Shown here: positions 1 through 11,632 of the stretch, in pieces | How the letters are laid out: the number at the start of each line of letters is the position of its first letter | Position numbering within the stretch: the stretch's first letter is position 1 | Assembly: GCA_010093815.1 (NCBI GenBank) | Contig: ML996570.1 | Length of the DNA stretch: 64,000 nt | Direction: 5' to 3' (one strand) | Source of the DNA: Pseudovirgaria hyperparasitica | Taxonomy: Eukaryota | The notes under the pieces: model-generated | The model's database searches: none | The model's input: only the letters and a program-made list of their open reading frames with translations | Told to the model about the DNA's origin: nothing | Position numbers and translations under genes: made by a program

Positions 1-747
1 GACATCTATGCCTCAATCGTCCTTATCAAGAACATTCCTGGTTACGAGACCCGCCACAAAGATGTCGATCTTTGCATTATTCGTGAGAATACTGAGGGTG
101 AGTACTCGGGCTTGGAGCACCAGTCGGTCAACGGTGTTGTCGAGTCTCTCAAGATCATCACCCGGGCCAAGTCGGAGCGCATCGCCAAATTCGCCTTCGC
201 TTTCTCGCTCGCCAACAACCGCAAGAAGGTCACTTGTATCCACAAGGCAAACATCATGAAGCTTGCCGACGGTCTGTTCAGAAACACTTTCAAGAAGGTT
301 GCTGAGGATTACCCGACACTGGAAACCAACGACATGATTGTCGACAACGCTTCCATGCAGTGTGTGTCCAGGCCACAACAGTTCGATGTCATGGTCATGC
401 CCAACCTTTACGGAGGTATTCTCTCGAACATTGGTGCTGGTCTGGTTGGTGGTGCAGGTGTTGTCCCCGGCTGCAACATGGGTCGCGATGTCGCCGTGTT
501 CGAGCCTGGATGCCGCCACGTCGGTCTAGATATCAAGGGCAAGGACCAGGCCAACCCTACAGCTCTTATCCTCTCCGGCTCCATGCTACTGCGCCACATC
601 GGGCTCGATGACCATGCCAACCGCATCTCCAAGGCTGTGTACGACGTGATTGGCGAGGGCAAGCACAGGACGCGTGACATGGGCGGCGAGGCCACCACCC
701 ACCAATTTACTCGAGCTGTCCTTGACAAGATGGAGGCGTCCGCATAG
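1..747 (+). CDS. IDH1: NAD-dependent isocitrate dehydrogenase subunit 1, mitochondrial (5'-truncated by window edge)
   Basis: Frame open from base 1: DIYASIVLIKNIPGYETRHKDVDLCIIRENTEGEYSGLEH...HKANIMKLADGLF...VMPNLYGGILSNIGAGLVGG...FEPGCRHVGLDIKGKDQANPTA. TAG at 745-747. Confidence 0.95.
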   Translation, partial: DIYASIVLIKNIPGYETRHKDVDLCIIRENTEGEYSGLEHQSVNGVVESLKIITRAKSERIAKFAFAFSLANNRKKVTCIHKANIMKLADGLFRNTFKKVAEDYPTLETNDMIVDNASMQCVSRPQQFDVMVMPNLYGGILSNIGAGLVGGAGVVPGCNMGRDVAVFEPGCRHVGLDIKGKDQANPTALILSGSMLLRHIGLDDHANRISKAVYDVIGEGKHRTRDMGGEATTHQFTRAVLDKMEASA

Positions 748-837
748 ATTTATCAGCATTTTCAGATTAGATGGTCCCCTTTGTTTTAGGTTCACGACGG
801 AAGGAAGCGATGATCGATGTGACTGATGTATTTCTAG

Positions 838-862
838 GCCGTACATAGCGCCGTACATAGCG
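838..862. repeat. 12-bp tandem duplication (GCCGTACATAGC)x2 in IDH1/BUD23 convergent 3' region
   Basis: gccgtacatagcgccgtacatagcg read directly. Confidence 0.85.
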
Positions 863-954
863 TGATGCATTTAGACCTTTGGATCTTTCCCAAACTCCAG
901 ACGCCATGCTCATAATGCAATGTGACCTGATCCCATGATGCTGGAAAGCCCACC

Positions 955-1908
955 TCAGAAAGCAATATTCCTTTTCCGGCCGGTGTATTTCGAGTTCGGC
1001 TTCACTACCTTGCCCTTGGCCTCCATCTGCTCCTTTTTCCTCATGATCCACCCCTTGCTCCCCTTCTTCTCCACGACTCCCCGTTTCGAACGGTCTCTCC
1101 CTTGTGCTCTCCGCCGCGAATCATCCACATCCACACCTTCCATCCCACTAACCACACCCGTAATATCCCCACCATTCAAATCCCCGCCCCCAACCGTCAA
1201 CACCAGATACGTCTTCGCACCCTTCGTCCCCTCATCATCAATCAGCAGCCCAGCCCCAAACCCAGCCCTAATAGCCGCCTGACTAACCATACCCCTCTGC
1301 ACCTCATTCTTCGGATAAAACTGACACACCGCCCTGCCCCCACGCCGCAAACTCGCATACAACCCATCGAAAAACCGCTTCAACCGACCCCCCGCACTCT
1401 CCTCACTACTCTCCACATTACACAGCCACTGCAGCGCACTAATACTGATCGCGGCATCGAACGTGCCCGGCCGGAACGGCACGCCCTGCCCGGCGTCCGC
1501 GAGGAAGAGGTCGCCCTCGACGTCGCGCTCCAGCGCGACTGCTAGCATCGACGCCGAGATGTCGAGCCCGATCCAGGTGTGCGGCGGGGCTTCGGCGGAG
1601 AGGATGCTGCCGGATAGGCCGGAGCCGCAGCCGATGTCGAGGATGAGGGAGGGGTGGCGCAGGTCGAGGAGGTCGAGGGCGCGGTGCGTCATGCTGGCTT
1701 GGATGTGCTGGATGCGCGAGGAGGTGGTGTATTTGGCGGATTCGGTGTCGTTGTAGAAGAGGTCTGGGGGTCTGTTTGGGGGGGTTGGTTAGGAGGGTGT
1801 TTTGGAGGGAGTGTGATGGGAAGGTGTAGAGAAATGGTTGTGTGGGCTTCGGGGGTGTGCGGGGATTTGTGTGTGTGGAACTTACAGTATGTCCTCGGGG
1901 CGCGACAT
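955..1908 (-). CDS. BUD23: 18S rRNA (guanine-N7)-methyltransferase Bud23/WBSCR22
   Basis: Exon1 MSRPEDIL (1908-1886), intron 1772-1885 (GTAAGT..CAG), then PPDLFYNDTESAKYTTSSRIQHIQ. SAM motif ILDIGCGSGLSG; C-terminal KYTGRKR. Confidence 0.93.
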
Positions 1909-2236
1909 GGTGGAAGTGTTGGGAGGTGTTGACTGCTAGGTGTGGGTATATGCGATTGAGTGTATTCTGGTTGTCGTGTCGTGTAGAGAGCGCGCAAGGT
2001 GGTGGAGAGAAGGATGTGGTGTTTGCGGTCGCGATCGTGAACTTTTTGGGCGGGGAAAGGACTTTTTGGTGGGCTTTTCTGGACCTTTAAATCCGCGGCC
2101 AATCACAGCGCACCACTAGCATGGATGGGGGATTCATATACAGGCGACGTCAACCTCATCAAGCTTCAATACCCCCCAGATTGCGCAAGCTCTTCCCTTT
2201 GTCCTATCCTCAATCACACACACTGCCGCTTCCAAG

Positions 2237-3200
<964 letters not shown>

Positions 3201-3567
3201 GGGGCGAGGGGTTTGATGCTCAATGGGTGCCTACATTAGTTTCAGTTTGCAAAAATCGATGGTTATTCTATTTCCGATTCATCCTATCTCGTGACGGTAT
3301 CTCACTTATCTCGTAAACTTCCTTCGCAGAAAAACAGCTTTGATGTCTGCGTAGAGCAAGGAGGAATAGAGGAATAGACCAAGAGGCCTTTCATTCAATA
3401 CCGTGATATGAACCAGCCTCTTCTTGAAAAGTCTAAGAAGATTCGATTCTCTCCTTCAGATCGTCGATTCCACGAGCAAGATCAATGGAGGTATGCTCTC
3501 GATCAAAAGACTATGACAAAGGCTTCTACCAAAGCATTTCTATCCTTCCCCCTCATCCATCAGCCCC

Positions 3568-4695
3568 TCAACCCATCATACTAACAACAACATGCAGCCA
3601 GCCATCCGCATACGCCGCCTCCTTGAGCAACTCCTCCACCGGCGCCGCCAACGGCACAACCGCACCATGCAGCACCGGCTCCGCAAGCAGATTACGCCTC
3701 CGACTCGGAAACAGCGCCGGAAGCACGGTATTCAGCACCGCACCCAGGGTATTCTGCGCGCGGCCTCCAGGCGCAAGCGGCGTGACGAGCGTCTGCACTA
3801 TACGCAGCATACCCGCAGCAGTCGGCGGAGCAGGCTCATCTGTCGACGACGACGCAGCAGCGGCGACGGCTGTGGATGTGGATGTGGCTGATGTGGAAGT
3901 AGATGGCATGTATAATTTGAGAGGAACATGCCTGAGCGCGGGCCCGCCCGGGGGTTTGAGGAATTTCTGGTAGATGGGGTAGTAAGACTGCAGACTGTGA
4001 TCCTGGACGGCAGAGTAGAGGGTGGTGGAGTCCTGTTTGGAGAGCGACATGACGACTTTTGCGCTGCCGTTGCGGAGGAAGTCGGCTTCTTTGACGGCGT
4101 TGATGTAGGCGTCTTGCATGTGCTTGCCTTGGTCGTCGAGCTGGACGAGATGCTCCTGTGGCCAGTCTGTGAAGTGGAGGACGAGCTTCCAGGGCTGGGT
4201 GCTGCTGCTGCTACTGCCGGGTCGTGGGAGGGCGCCACTTTGTTCTGCTTCGTTGGATTCTTCGGGTGTGGGTGTTGCTGCTGCGGGTGCTGAGGTGTCT
4301 GGTCTGAAGGGCTCGGTGCCGGCGTACAGGTCGTACAGTAGGCCCATGGGATACTGCCATTTCAGGGGGACATCTTCGAACGAGAGCCAGCCGTCGCTGA
4401 ACGACACTTCAGGGTTGATGAGAGATGTTGCGAAGAAGCTGTGGATGCGCGGGAGGAGGAACGGCCAGTATGAGACGCGGGGACATTGTATCTGGCGTGT
4501 AAGAGTCAGCCAACTAGCCAAGACCATACAGATAAAGCAGCATATACAGCGGCTCTATTGCTGAGGGTTGCTTACAAGATACGGGTCCGACTGGTCATAT
4601 GTGCGGCATTCTTCGCTGGCCAGCCTGATCTCCAGCGGTATCGAGCCATTCCAGACCTGGTTGAGGAGGCTGCGAGGGCGAGAGGGTGCGGTCAT
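3568..4695 (-). CDS. ATG5: Autophagy protein Atg5
   Basis: Exon1 MTAPSRPRSLLNQVWNGSIPLEIRLASEECRTYDQSDPYL, intron 4492-4575, then IQCPRVSYWPFLLPRI...VPLKWQYPMGLLYDL...INAVKEADFLRNGSAK...LHGAVVPL...YADGWL. Confidence 0.92.
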
Positions 4696-5089
4696 CGCCG
4701 TCGCGTATGATACAAACTCGCAAAGTCACAAAGAAGCATATTGTGTTATCGACAGCAGAGCACATTGACGTTTGCTGGAGCTTGAAGGTTGCAACAGCCT
4801 GGGGGGTTTGACCAATGATTGATGCCTAAGGCATGCATGGATGGAGCTGGCCCTTCTCCACTTTGGATCTTCCAGGATCCATCATAACAATATCCCAGTT
4901 CCCCGACTAGTTTGAAACCCGAATGGAACCTGCTTTTGCATATTATTAGCATCGTGTGGCAAGTCTTTGGGGTTCTTGGACTCCGCAAACACGTGTTCCC
5001 TCCAGACTCCAGCGATATGAAAACCGACTCGCTGTTCAGCTTTCATCAACACCGCTAGGCGTAACGCGACTCGCCGTCCAATCCCCGTC

Positions 5090-5726
5090 ATGTCCGCACG
5101 CCGGAAACGATCATCTAGCTCGCCTGAACGTGATGCTCGGCAGGTCGGCTTCAGCGCATCGACGCCTGGAGCAGAACAGCCCAAGAGGAACAAGGTGACA
5201 AGCGAAGTAGATGAAGTAGAATTGATAGCGCCGAGTGACGCGTGGACCGTGGATACGTCAACTATCTTTTCGCCAAAGGAGAATAGGGGCATTAGAATCA
5301 TTTGTATCGTGGAGAAGCTGCGAGTGCATTACGATATGTTAATGTACGTGTCTCGCGTTCAAAGTCAGAACCTTGTTAACGGGTTGCAGAGATGTTCTAC
5401 CGACATATATCGGATCATGTGCGCTGGTAAAAGATCCGGCGCACAGCATACTTGGAAACGGAGAGCACCAAATCCCCTTAAAGCCGGGACTTGGCTCCGA
5501 TTTCAATCACTTCCTGAAACTCGGCGTTCTCCAGCCGATGGGCGGCGGGCAAGCACCTTTAGATTCAATCATTGTTATCGATGCACATGACAGAAGACGA
5601 CTTCTTGTGCCTTTTGGCTGGGGAGCCGGACGACATGTCATGGATGCAACTGGTGGGAAGGTCATTATCGAGAGGATGACACGTACTCTTATCCATGCGC
5701 TAGGAGATTTGCTGCAAAGTAAATAG
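5090..5726 (+). CDS. Hypothetical protein (about 196 aa) whose C-terminal half resembles a degenerate peroxiredoxin/AhpC fold
   Basis: ORFs 5090+ and 5373+ join in frame through intron 5344-5389 (GTACGT..GTTAAC..GCAG). N-terminus is basic and NLS-like (RRKR...PKRNK). Confidence 0.6.
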
Positions 5727-5869
5727 TGGAAATAGCTTCACCAGACAAGTAGGACAGTCTTGCTCATTTCGACTTGTTCACATTATGTGTCTAGACCAAT
5801 GATACCCTACTGATCAACCAGGATCATTCCCATTGCAATCGTAAATCCAGAAGCAGCTGACCGCAACAT

Positions 5870-6309
5870 CTAGGTCTCCTTGTCTGGGATAGGGAAGTCT
5901 GATCCAGTAGCGGCCTTGTATTGCTTCCTGATCTGATCGGAAATCTGCTCGTCGGTGAACTGCTCAGCAGCAGACTCGTTGTCTTGGGGACCTTTGCCGA
6001 GAAACTTCTCTTGAACGTAGTCGACACCTGGATTCAGTTAGTAATGCTTGCAGGACGGAGGCGCTGTAGACCCATATATGGAAAACACTTACCCTTGTCA
6101 AGGTAGTCCTCATTCTTCTCGCTCTCCTTGCCCCCACCAGCGGCGCTGTTCAGCTTGTTGGTGATACCGCTCAAGAAGCCACCTTCTTCCTTCTGCTGTC
6201 CTCCCTGCTGCTGGTTGAACTGCTCATTGTTCTGCTGGTTGTTTTGGTTGTTGTTATTGTTATTGTTATTGTTGTTGTCACCGCCGGTGAAGTTCTTGAC
6301 AAAGTCCAT
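5870..6309 (-). CDS. Small hydrophilic Asn/Gln-rich stress protein (family commonly annotated DNA damage-responsive protein 48-like)
   Basis: MDFVKNFTGGDNNNN...GGFLSGITNKLNSAAGGGKESEKNEDYLDK|GVDYVQEKFLGKGPQDNESAAEQFTDEQISDQIRKQYKAATGSDFPIPDKET*. Intron 6028-6092 (GTAAGT..CTAAC..CAG). Confidence 0.8.
6225..6278 (-). repeat. (AAC/AAT)n trinucleotide repeat encoding poly-Asn
   Basis: ttgttgttattgttattgttattgttgttg on the + strand. Confidence 0.85.
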
Positions 6310-7098
6310 GATGAGGGGTAGTATTGAGAAAGACCTGCTGTGCATATCAGTACATGTCCTCACGAGGTCGCGCTTCGGTATAGCGAGACTCACTAATGGT
6401 TTGTTGGAAAGTAGGATAGGTTTGTGGATGAGAGAGGGAAGAATTGAGAGCTTGAAAGTGACCAGGGCAGGCATCTTTTATGTACCTATTTCCAGGGTAA
6501 GCTCCAGCACGCGATGAGCTGTCGTTTGGAACCCTGGAATGGAAGGCGCATAGTTGCGGGCTAGTATGACGTATCGGATGGCACGGACAAAGCCGGGGGT
6601 GTCAACAACAACAACAGGTAATGCTCAACTCGTCGGATTGAATGGCTCGATTCATGGCCGGACAGCTTGGCAGATATCGGGACTTTGTTTTTTCACCCAA
6701 GTCTAGTCTGCCACAGGACAGGAATAAAGAAACAGAGCAGTCCATGGCGGGGCAGTGCAGCGCCTGTAGTGTATCTTCATTGGCGGGAACCCCACTCTGA
6801 TAGTTATGGTGGGCATCGAGATCAATATCGCGCCAATTGACCAGTCCTGGAGCCGTGTGGCTGACTCTCCAGTTCCGTATTCCAAAGGTCTAGAATCACA
6901 ATGAAGCTGATAATATTGGCAGTGTACAATTTGTGTCATTATACTCTATCACATTTGGGTTGCCTTGTTCGTCCATCAATAATACCTAGTCGTCTGACTC
7001 TCTCAAACAGTAACTCCAAAAGCGATGCTGTGGCAATATCAAAACGCTAATCCGTACAAGAACCACCAAGCAATGCCGCTATGCTGTAACAAAACACT

Positions 7099-9101
7099 CT
7101 ATAGTACCTCTCCGCTCATAATCTCTTTCAAGATGCTACTACCAGCACCACTCAGCGAAGCCTCGAGCTCCTTGCTTCCAATACTGCTCGCGATTCGTCT
7201 GTCTTTAAATACACTTCCTCCAAAGCCACCTCCACGTCCCTTTCTGCTCGGAGTGGTCGCTACAGACAAAGAGCCGCCTTTGCCCTCTACGGCAGTTATC
7301 ATAGAAAGCGTCTCCAAGCTACCGATAATGTCCCTGAACTCGGTGTTGGTGAGTGCATGCAAGACATTGTCTCGCTTGCAGAGCCCGGTATAGGCGTCGA
7401 AGAGAGATTTCACAGTCGGAGCTGAGGCATTCCTACGCGAAGGTGTTGCAACAACACCATCGGGGGCAACGTGTTGAGTCTTCTTCTCGAGAGCAGAGAG
7501 CGCGCAGAGAACTGCCTTCTGCTGCAGATTAAGAGACTGTAGACGCTGCGAAGTACCGTTGCTGAAGACTGCAGCTGTGATGCGAGCCATGTGTGCGATA
7601 GTAGCTCGTGGGGCCGACTCAATTGTCAGATGTGACATTGACTGGGCAGCCACCTTAGTCTTCCCGAACTTCGAAGGAGAGCGAGCCGTGGGTGGAGACG
7701 ATAAGTTCATGTTCTCGATGAGCGCTGCCTTCGAAGGGCTCACACCAGGTGAGATCGAAGAATCAGATGCTCTCAGTTGTTTGTCTTTTGTGTCTGCCTC
7801 GACCAGGTCGATTGCTCGCCGGCAGATGTCGAATGACTTTCTCAGGTCTCCAGACTGCGCTGCGACTTTCTTGGAGAGGAATTGGATAGCCGTGGGATGA
7901 ATGAAAGGTACAAAGTTTGGATCACTTGCGGTGGCCGGCACCAGTGACCTAAGCTTCGATGTAACGACGGATGCAATCTGAGAAGCCGTGTATGGGAGAA
8001 ATGGAAGCAGATGAGGTTTCAAGCCTCGAGACTTCAGTCGCGGGAGGAATCTGTCGGTGAAGTCGAGGGCGTTGGCAATGCCTACGAGTACAAGACTCGA
8101 CTGCGCGTCCAAAGCCCATTCGAAGAGGGTATAGAGGAGCTCAAGGTCAAGATCCAATAGGTGATCGACTTCATCCAGTGTTACCAGGAACGATTGACTT
8201 TTCTCGTAAAAGAGTCGACGTAAGATGTCAATTGCATGGCCTTCGAGGGCCTCGGAGTCTGTGACGAGCTCTTCCAATAGCTTGCCATAAATATCTTCAG
8301 CCTTCTTCATGCTCATACAATTGATGTATGCAGTTGGTACGTCTCCAGCTTCAAGCTTTCTGCTGGTCTCACTAACAAACGCGCTTTTTCCGGTTCCTGG
8401 GGGCCCAGAAACATAGATACATCCGGAGGAGGTTGACTGCAGTCTCGATTCAACGAAATGTTCCAGCTCGGCGCGCTCCTTCTCGCGTCCAAAAAGTGCT
8501 GTAGGCATGGTGCCTTTCGCAAAGGTCTGGCGCGCGTCATTGTAGACTGTGATTGCTGAGCTTCGCGTATTACTGGGAGTATGTGGTGTTCGAGGAGTGA
8601 GCGGCTTGCCAGCGACAAGAACACGATGGCGTGGTGTTGTCGCAGGCTTCTTTAGGCGCGCGTCGCGGTGCCGCGGTGTCTGAGGAAGCTTGAAGTCGTC
8701 CACCGGCTTTGAGTCGGCCGGGACATTCTTCGAGGTCTTAAAGAGGTCCGTGATCTTTGTAGGAGAAAGAGGTACTCTGCTCTCTGGGGTGCCATGCTTT
8801 GCAGGTACTGTTCCAGCCCGAGTGCGCTTGCTTTTACGCGGCTGCAACTCCTCCCCATCAACGTCCATTGATTCGACATGTCGGGCGCCCAGTCGCTTCG
8901 ATGGAGTAACAAATGGATTCTCCTTCTCATTGTCGTCAAGAATCACGAAATTGGCTCGTCTCTTTGCTTGTGACGAGGTTGCTACGCCTGAATCTGCAGC
9001 GCTTCTGGTCAGTATTTACACCAAAACAAGACTTGCCAGCTGTGCTTACCTGGCGATGCGAGAGAAGCGCGAGTCCGCTTGCCGAGGACTGAAGCAGACA
9101 T
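7099..9101 (-). CDS. CDC6: Replication licensing AAA+ ATPase Cdc6/Cdc18
   Basis: Exon1 MSASVLGKRTRASLASP, intron 8994-9049. N-terminus rich in S/T-P CDK sites; Walker A GPPGTGKS, Walker B VTLDEVD, GIANALDFTDRFLPRL, SGDLRK. Confidence 0.93.
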
Positions 9102-9172
9102 GTCGAGTACTCTTGCAATGTACAGTGTGAGGAAGTCTCGATGTGTGGTGTGTGAGTGTGAAGTCTGTAGAA

Positions 9173-9325
9173 GGCGCGATGAATTGTAATGAGATGGGCT
9201 GGTGCACGGACGACAAGCGCGTTCTTCGACGCGCGCGCGACCGTGTCACGCTAGCAAAGCACTTCCGGCGTTATTCCGGGCCTTGGCATCATTTACGGAG
9301 GCGGAATCCGATGGACAGCGCGAAA
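9173..9325. promoter_or_regulatory. Cluster of MCB/SCB-like (CGCG-core) cell-cycle elements upstream of CDC6
   Basis: GCGCGT (9217-9222), ACGCGCGCGCGA (9229-9240) and CGCGAAA (9319-9325), all within about 230 nt of the ATG. cdc18/CDC6 are known MBF targets in yeasts. Confidence 0.55.
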
Positions 9326-10065
9326 GCACCACAGACTTATAATCATCTATGCCCGAAACTGTCCGTCGGGACATACAATCCCGCGCCTCTGGCTTAGAAG
9401 TTTTCAGACTGAGTCCAGCACTCGGGCTGACAAGAAACGTTGCACTGGTTCATCACACTGTCAATCAAACCCGACTGATGCGATGTGAGCAGGCTTGAAA
9501 CAACAATGCCCGACACGAAGAGGGCGTGATCGAAGCAGGCTGTTATTGTCCAATTGGTTCCTGGCCGTAATACAACTGTTCCTATGATTGTTGAACACTG
9601 GAAGCAATCATCGCTGCCTTTCCAAAAACAGACCGCCTTGTCTCGCTTGTATCACCAGGTCAAGTTTGAGCAGCACCAGTCGTCACGCGTTTTCCCTGGA
9701 AATGTTTGTCAAGCCTAGCTGCCACTACTTAGTCCATCGAACAGAATGGCTCTAGGTCTGGTGTCTGAAGCCCTGCCAGACTCTAGAGCATATGCTCCAA
9801 TGAAAGCTCACAAAGTCTTACGAGTCTCACTATATTTGCGTGGTTTGCCCTTGTTGCACCATCGTCCACGCTCTGGAATGCGGTGAGTGGGATGTTGTTC
9901 ATGAGGCAGTGCTTGGGCACTGCTCGGGCATTACTCGAGGTATAAAGCTCTTTTGTTAATTGCTCTCTGCTCCTGCTTGCCCTCGCTCTTTTCATCCTCT
10001 TCAATACTTTCTATTTTATCTTATCTACATCATAATTCTCTACCATCTCAACCACAACCCTAGCC

Positions 10066-10579
10066 ATGCGTTATGAACCTTGCGGCTGTGTGGTACAGCG
10101 ACGTTGCCCTCACCATGGATCCGGCCACCGCGCTATTGGGTATCCGCGTCAAAGGCGCCGGTCCGGCCACCCGTTCCGATGCCACGCCGGATGCAGCTGG
10201 TGCAGTGTCTGGCATAGCGACTTTCCCTCTTTTGTATGCATGCTCTTACACCCTCCTAATCGCTACGCTAATAACCAGCCAGGAACACGAGCCGTGGTTC
10301 CCCTACATCAAGTCCTACTTTGGCGAGATCCATCGGCACTTCTTGGGCACGGGGGACACCGATACGTACGAGGTTATCGACCTGATAGACGCAATCACGG
10401 ATGCTGTTGGGAGCATCATCGTCTGGGGTGTTCCTGGAAGGTCTCGCCTGAGACGGCTGCTCAAAGACATCGAACATGTCAGATATTCCCTCCTCGAAGG
10501 GGGTCTTGTCGGGGGCGGTATAATGGGAGGAGGCATGCTGGGTGGTGTGCCACCGCTCCCGCAGCTTGAATATTACTGA
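10066..10579 (+). CDS. Orphan small protein with Cys/His-rich N-terminus
   Basis: TATAAA at about 9941, pyrimidine-rich leader, GCC-ATG context, and intron GTATGC(10234)..GCTAAT..CAG (10278 or 10282). Confidence 0.55.
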
Positions 10580-10661
10580 TGGCAACGGCTTGTTTCAACA
10601 TTCGGAGGATGTATCTACCCCTAACAAAACAATCTAATCCCTCGCACATGCTGTGCTACCC

Positions 10662-11582
10662 CTACACCTTCAAAGGCTCCCTAACAAGATACTCCTCCAA
10701 CGACGTAAGTTTCCCCTTAACAAGCTTCGCACTCTCCCTCACCAGCTCCTCCCCATCCGGCCCAAAATACCCATACCGCTCAATATAATCATACATATTC
10801 CCCATCCCCTCCCGCGCAACCTCCCCCGGCACCCCCGCCAACCACTCCTCCCGACCCACCCGCTCATACACAACCTCCCGCCCAAGCACCCTCCCCATAA
10901 CCTCCACCCGCTCCGCAACACTCCACCACCCCCCCGCAGCCCACACCTCCAACATCGCCCCCACAAACTCCCCCGTATCCCCCGCCACATCCACCATCGG
11001 CACCCTCGTCTCCGCACAAATATACCCCCTAACCACCAACACCCCATCCCCCTCCCGCTCCCGCACCGCCTCATACCCACCCATATTCTGCATATAATAC
11101 CCGGGCGCATACACCCCGCTGCGCACCCCCTTCCCCTCCTTCTCCAGCCCACGTATATACCGCCCCACATCAGCCTTGACCTCCCACGCCTCCACACTCA
11201 CCGCCCCACCCGACACCTCCGCCGGACTCGGCACCCCGCTCCACACGAGGAACCGTGCGCCCGCAGCAACACACGCGTCTACGATGCGCAGGGCCAGCGT
11301 GCGCTCGGCGGCATGTCCGCCTGGGGCGTAGGACGTGGATGTCATGATGAAGACTGTGTGGGCGCCTTCGAGGGCGGCGGCGAGGGAGGATGGGGAGGTG
11401 GGGTCGGTGGTGAAGAGGGGGATGCCGAGGGCGGAGAGGGCGGCGGCGCGGGGCTGGGTTGGGTCGCGGGTCAGGCCGCGGAGGGTGTATTGTTTGGAGA
11501 GGGTGGGGTGGGTGTGGATTTTTGTGGCGAGCGAGGTGCCTTGGTGGCCGGTTATGCCGAAGATGACGAGGAGGTTTGGCAT
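10662..11582 (-). CDS. NmrA-like NAD(P)-binding protein (atypical SDR)
   Basis: MPNLLVIFGITGHQGTSLA (GxTGxQG), LRGLTRDP, ALEGAHTVF, IVDACVAAGARFLVWSG, PMVDVAGDTGEFV, GYFGP. Likely start is the ATG at 11582. Confidence 0.88.
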   Translation of the reverse strand: MPNLLVIFGITGHQGTSLATKIHTHPTLSKQYTLRGLTRDPTQPRAAALSALGIPLFTTDPTSPSSLAAALEGAHTVFIMTSTSYAPGGHAAERTLALRIVDACVAAGARFLVWSGVPSPAEVSGGAVSVEAWEVKADVGRYIRGLEKEGKGVRSGVYAPGYYMQNMGGYEAVREREGDGVLVVRGYICAETRVPMVDVAGDTGEFVGAMLEVWAAGGWWSVAERVEVMGRVLGREVVYERVGREEWLAGVPGEVAREGMGNMYDYIERYGYFGPDGEELVRESAKLVKGKLTSLEEYLVREPLKV

Positions 11583-11587
11583 TTTCT

Positions 11588-11632
11588 TTGGTGGTGGTGG
11601 TGGTGGTGGTGGTGTTGGGTTGTGTTGTGTTG
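11588..11632. repeat. (GGT)n / (TGTGT)n microsatellite in NmrA 5' leader
   Basis: ggtggtggtggtggtggtggtggtgttgggttgtgttgtgttgt. Confidence 0.85.
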
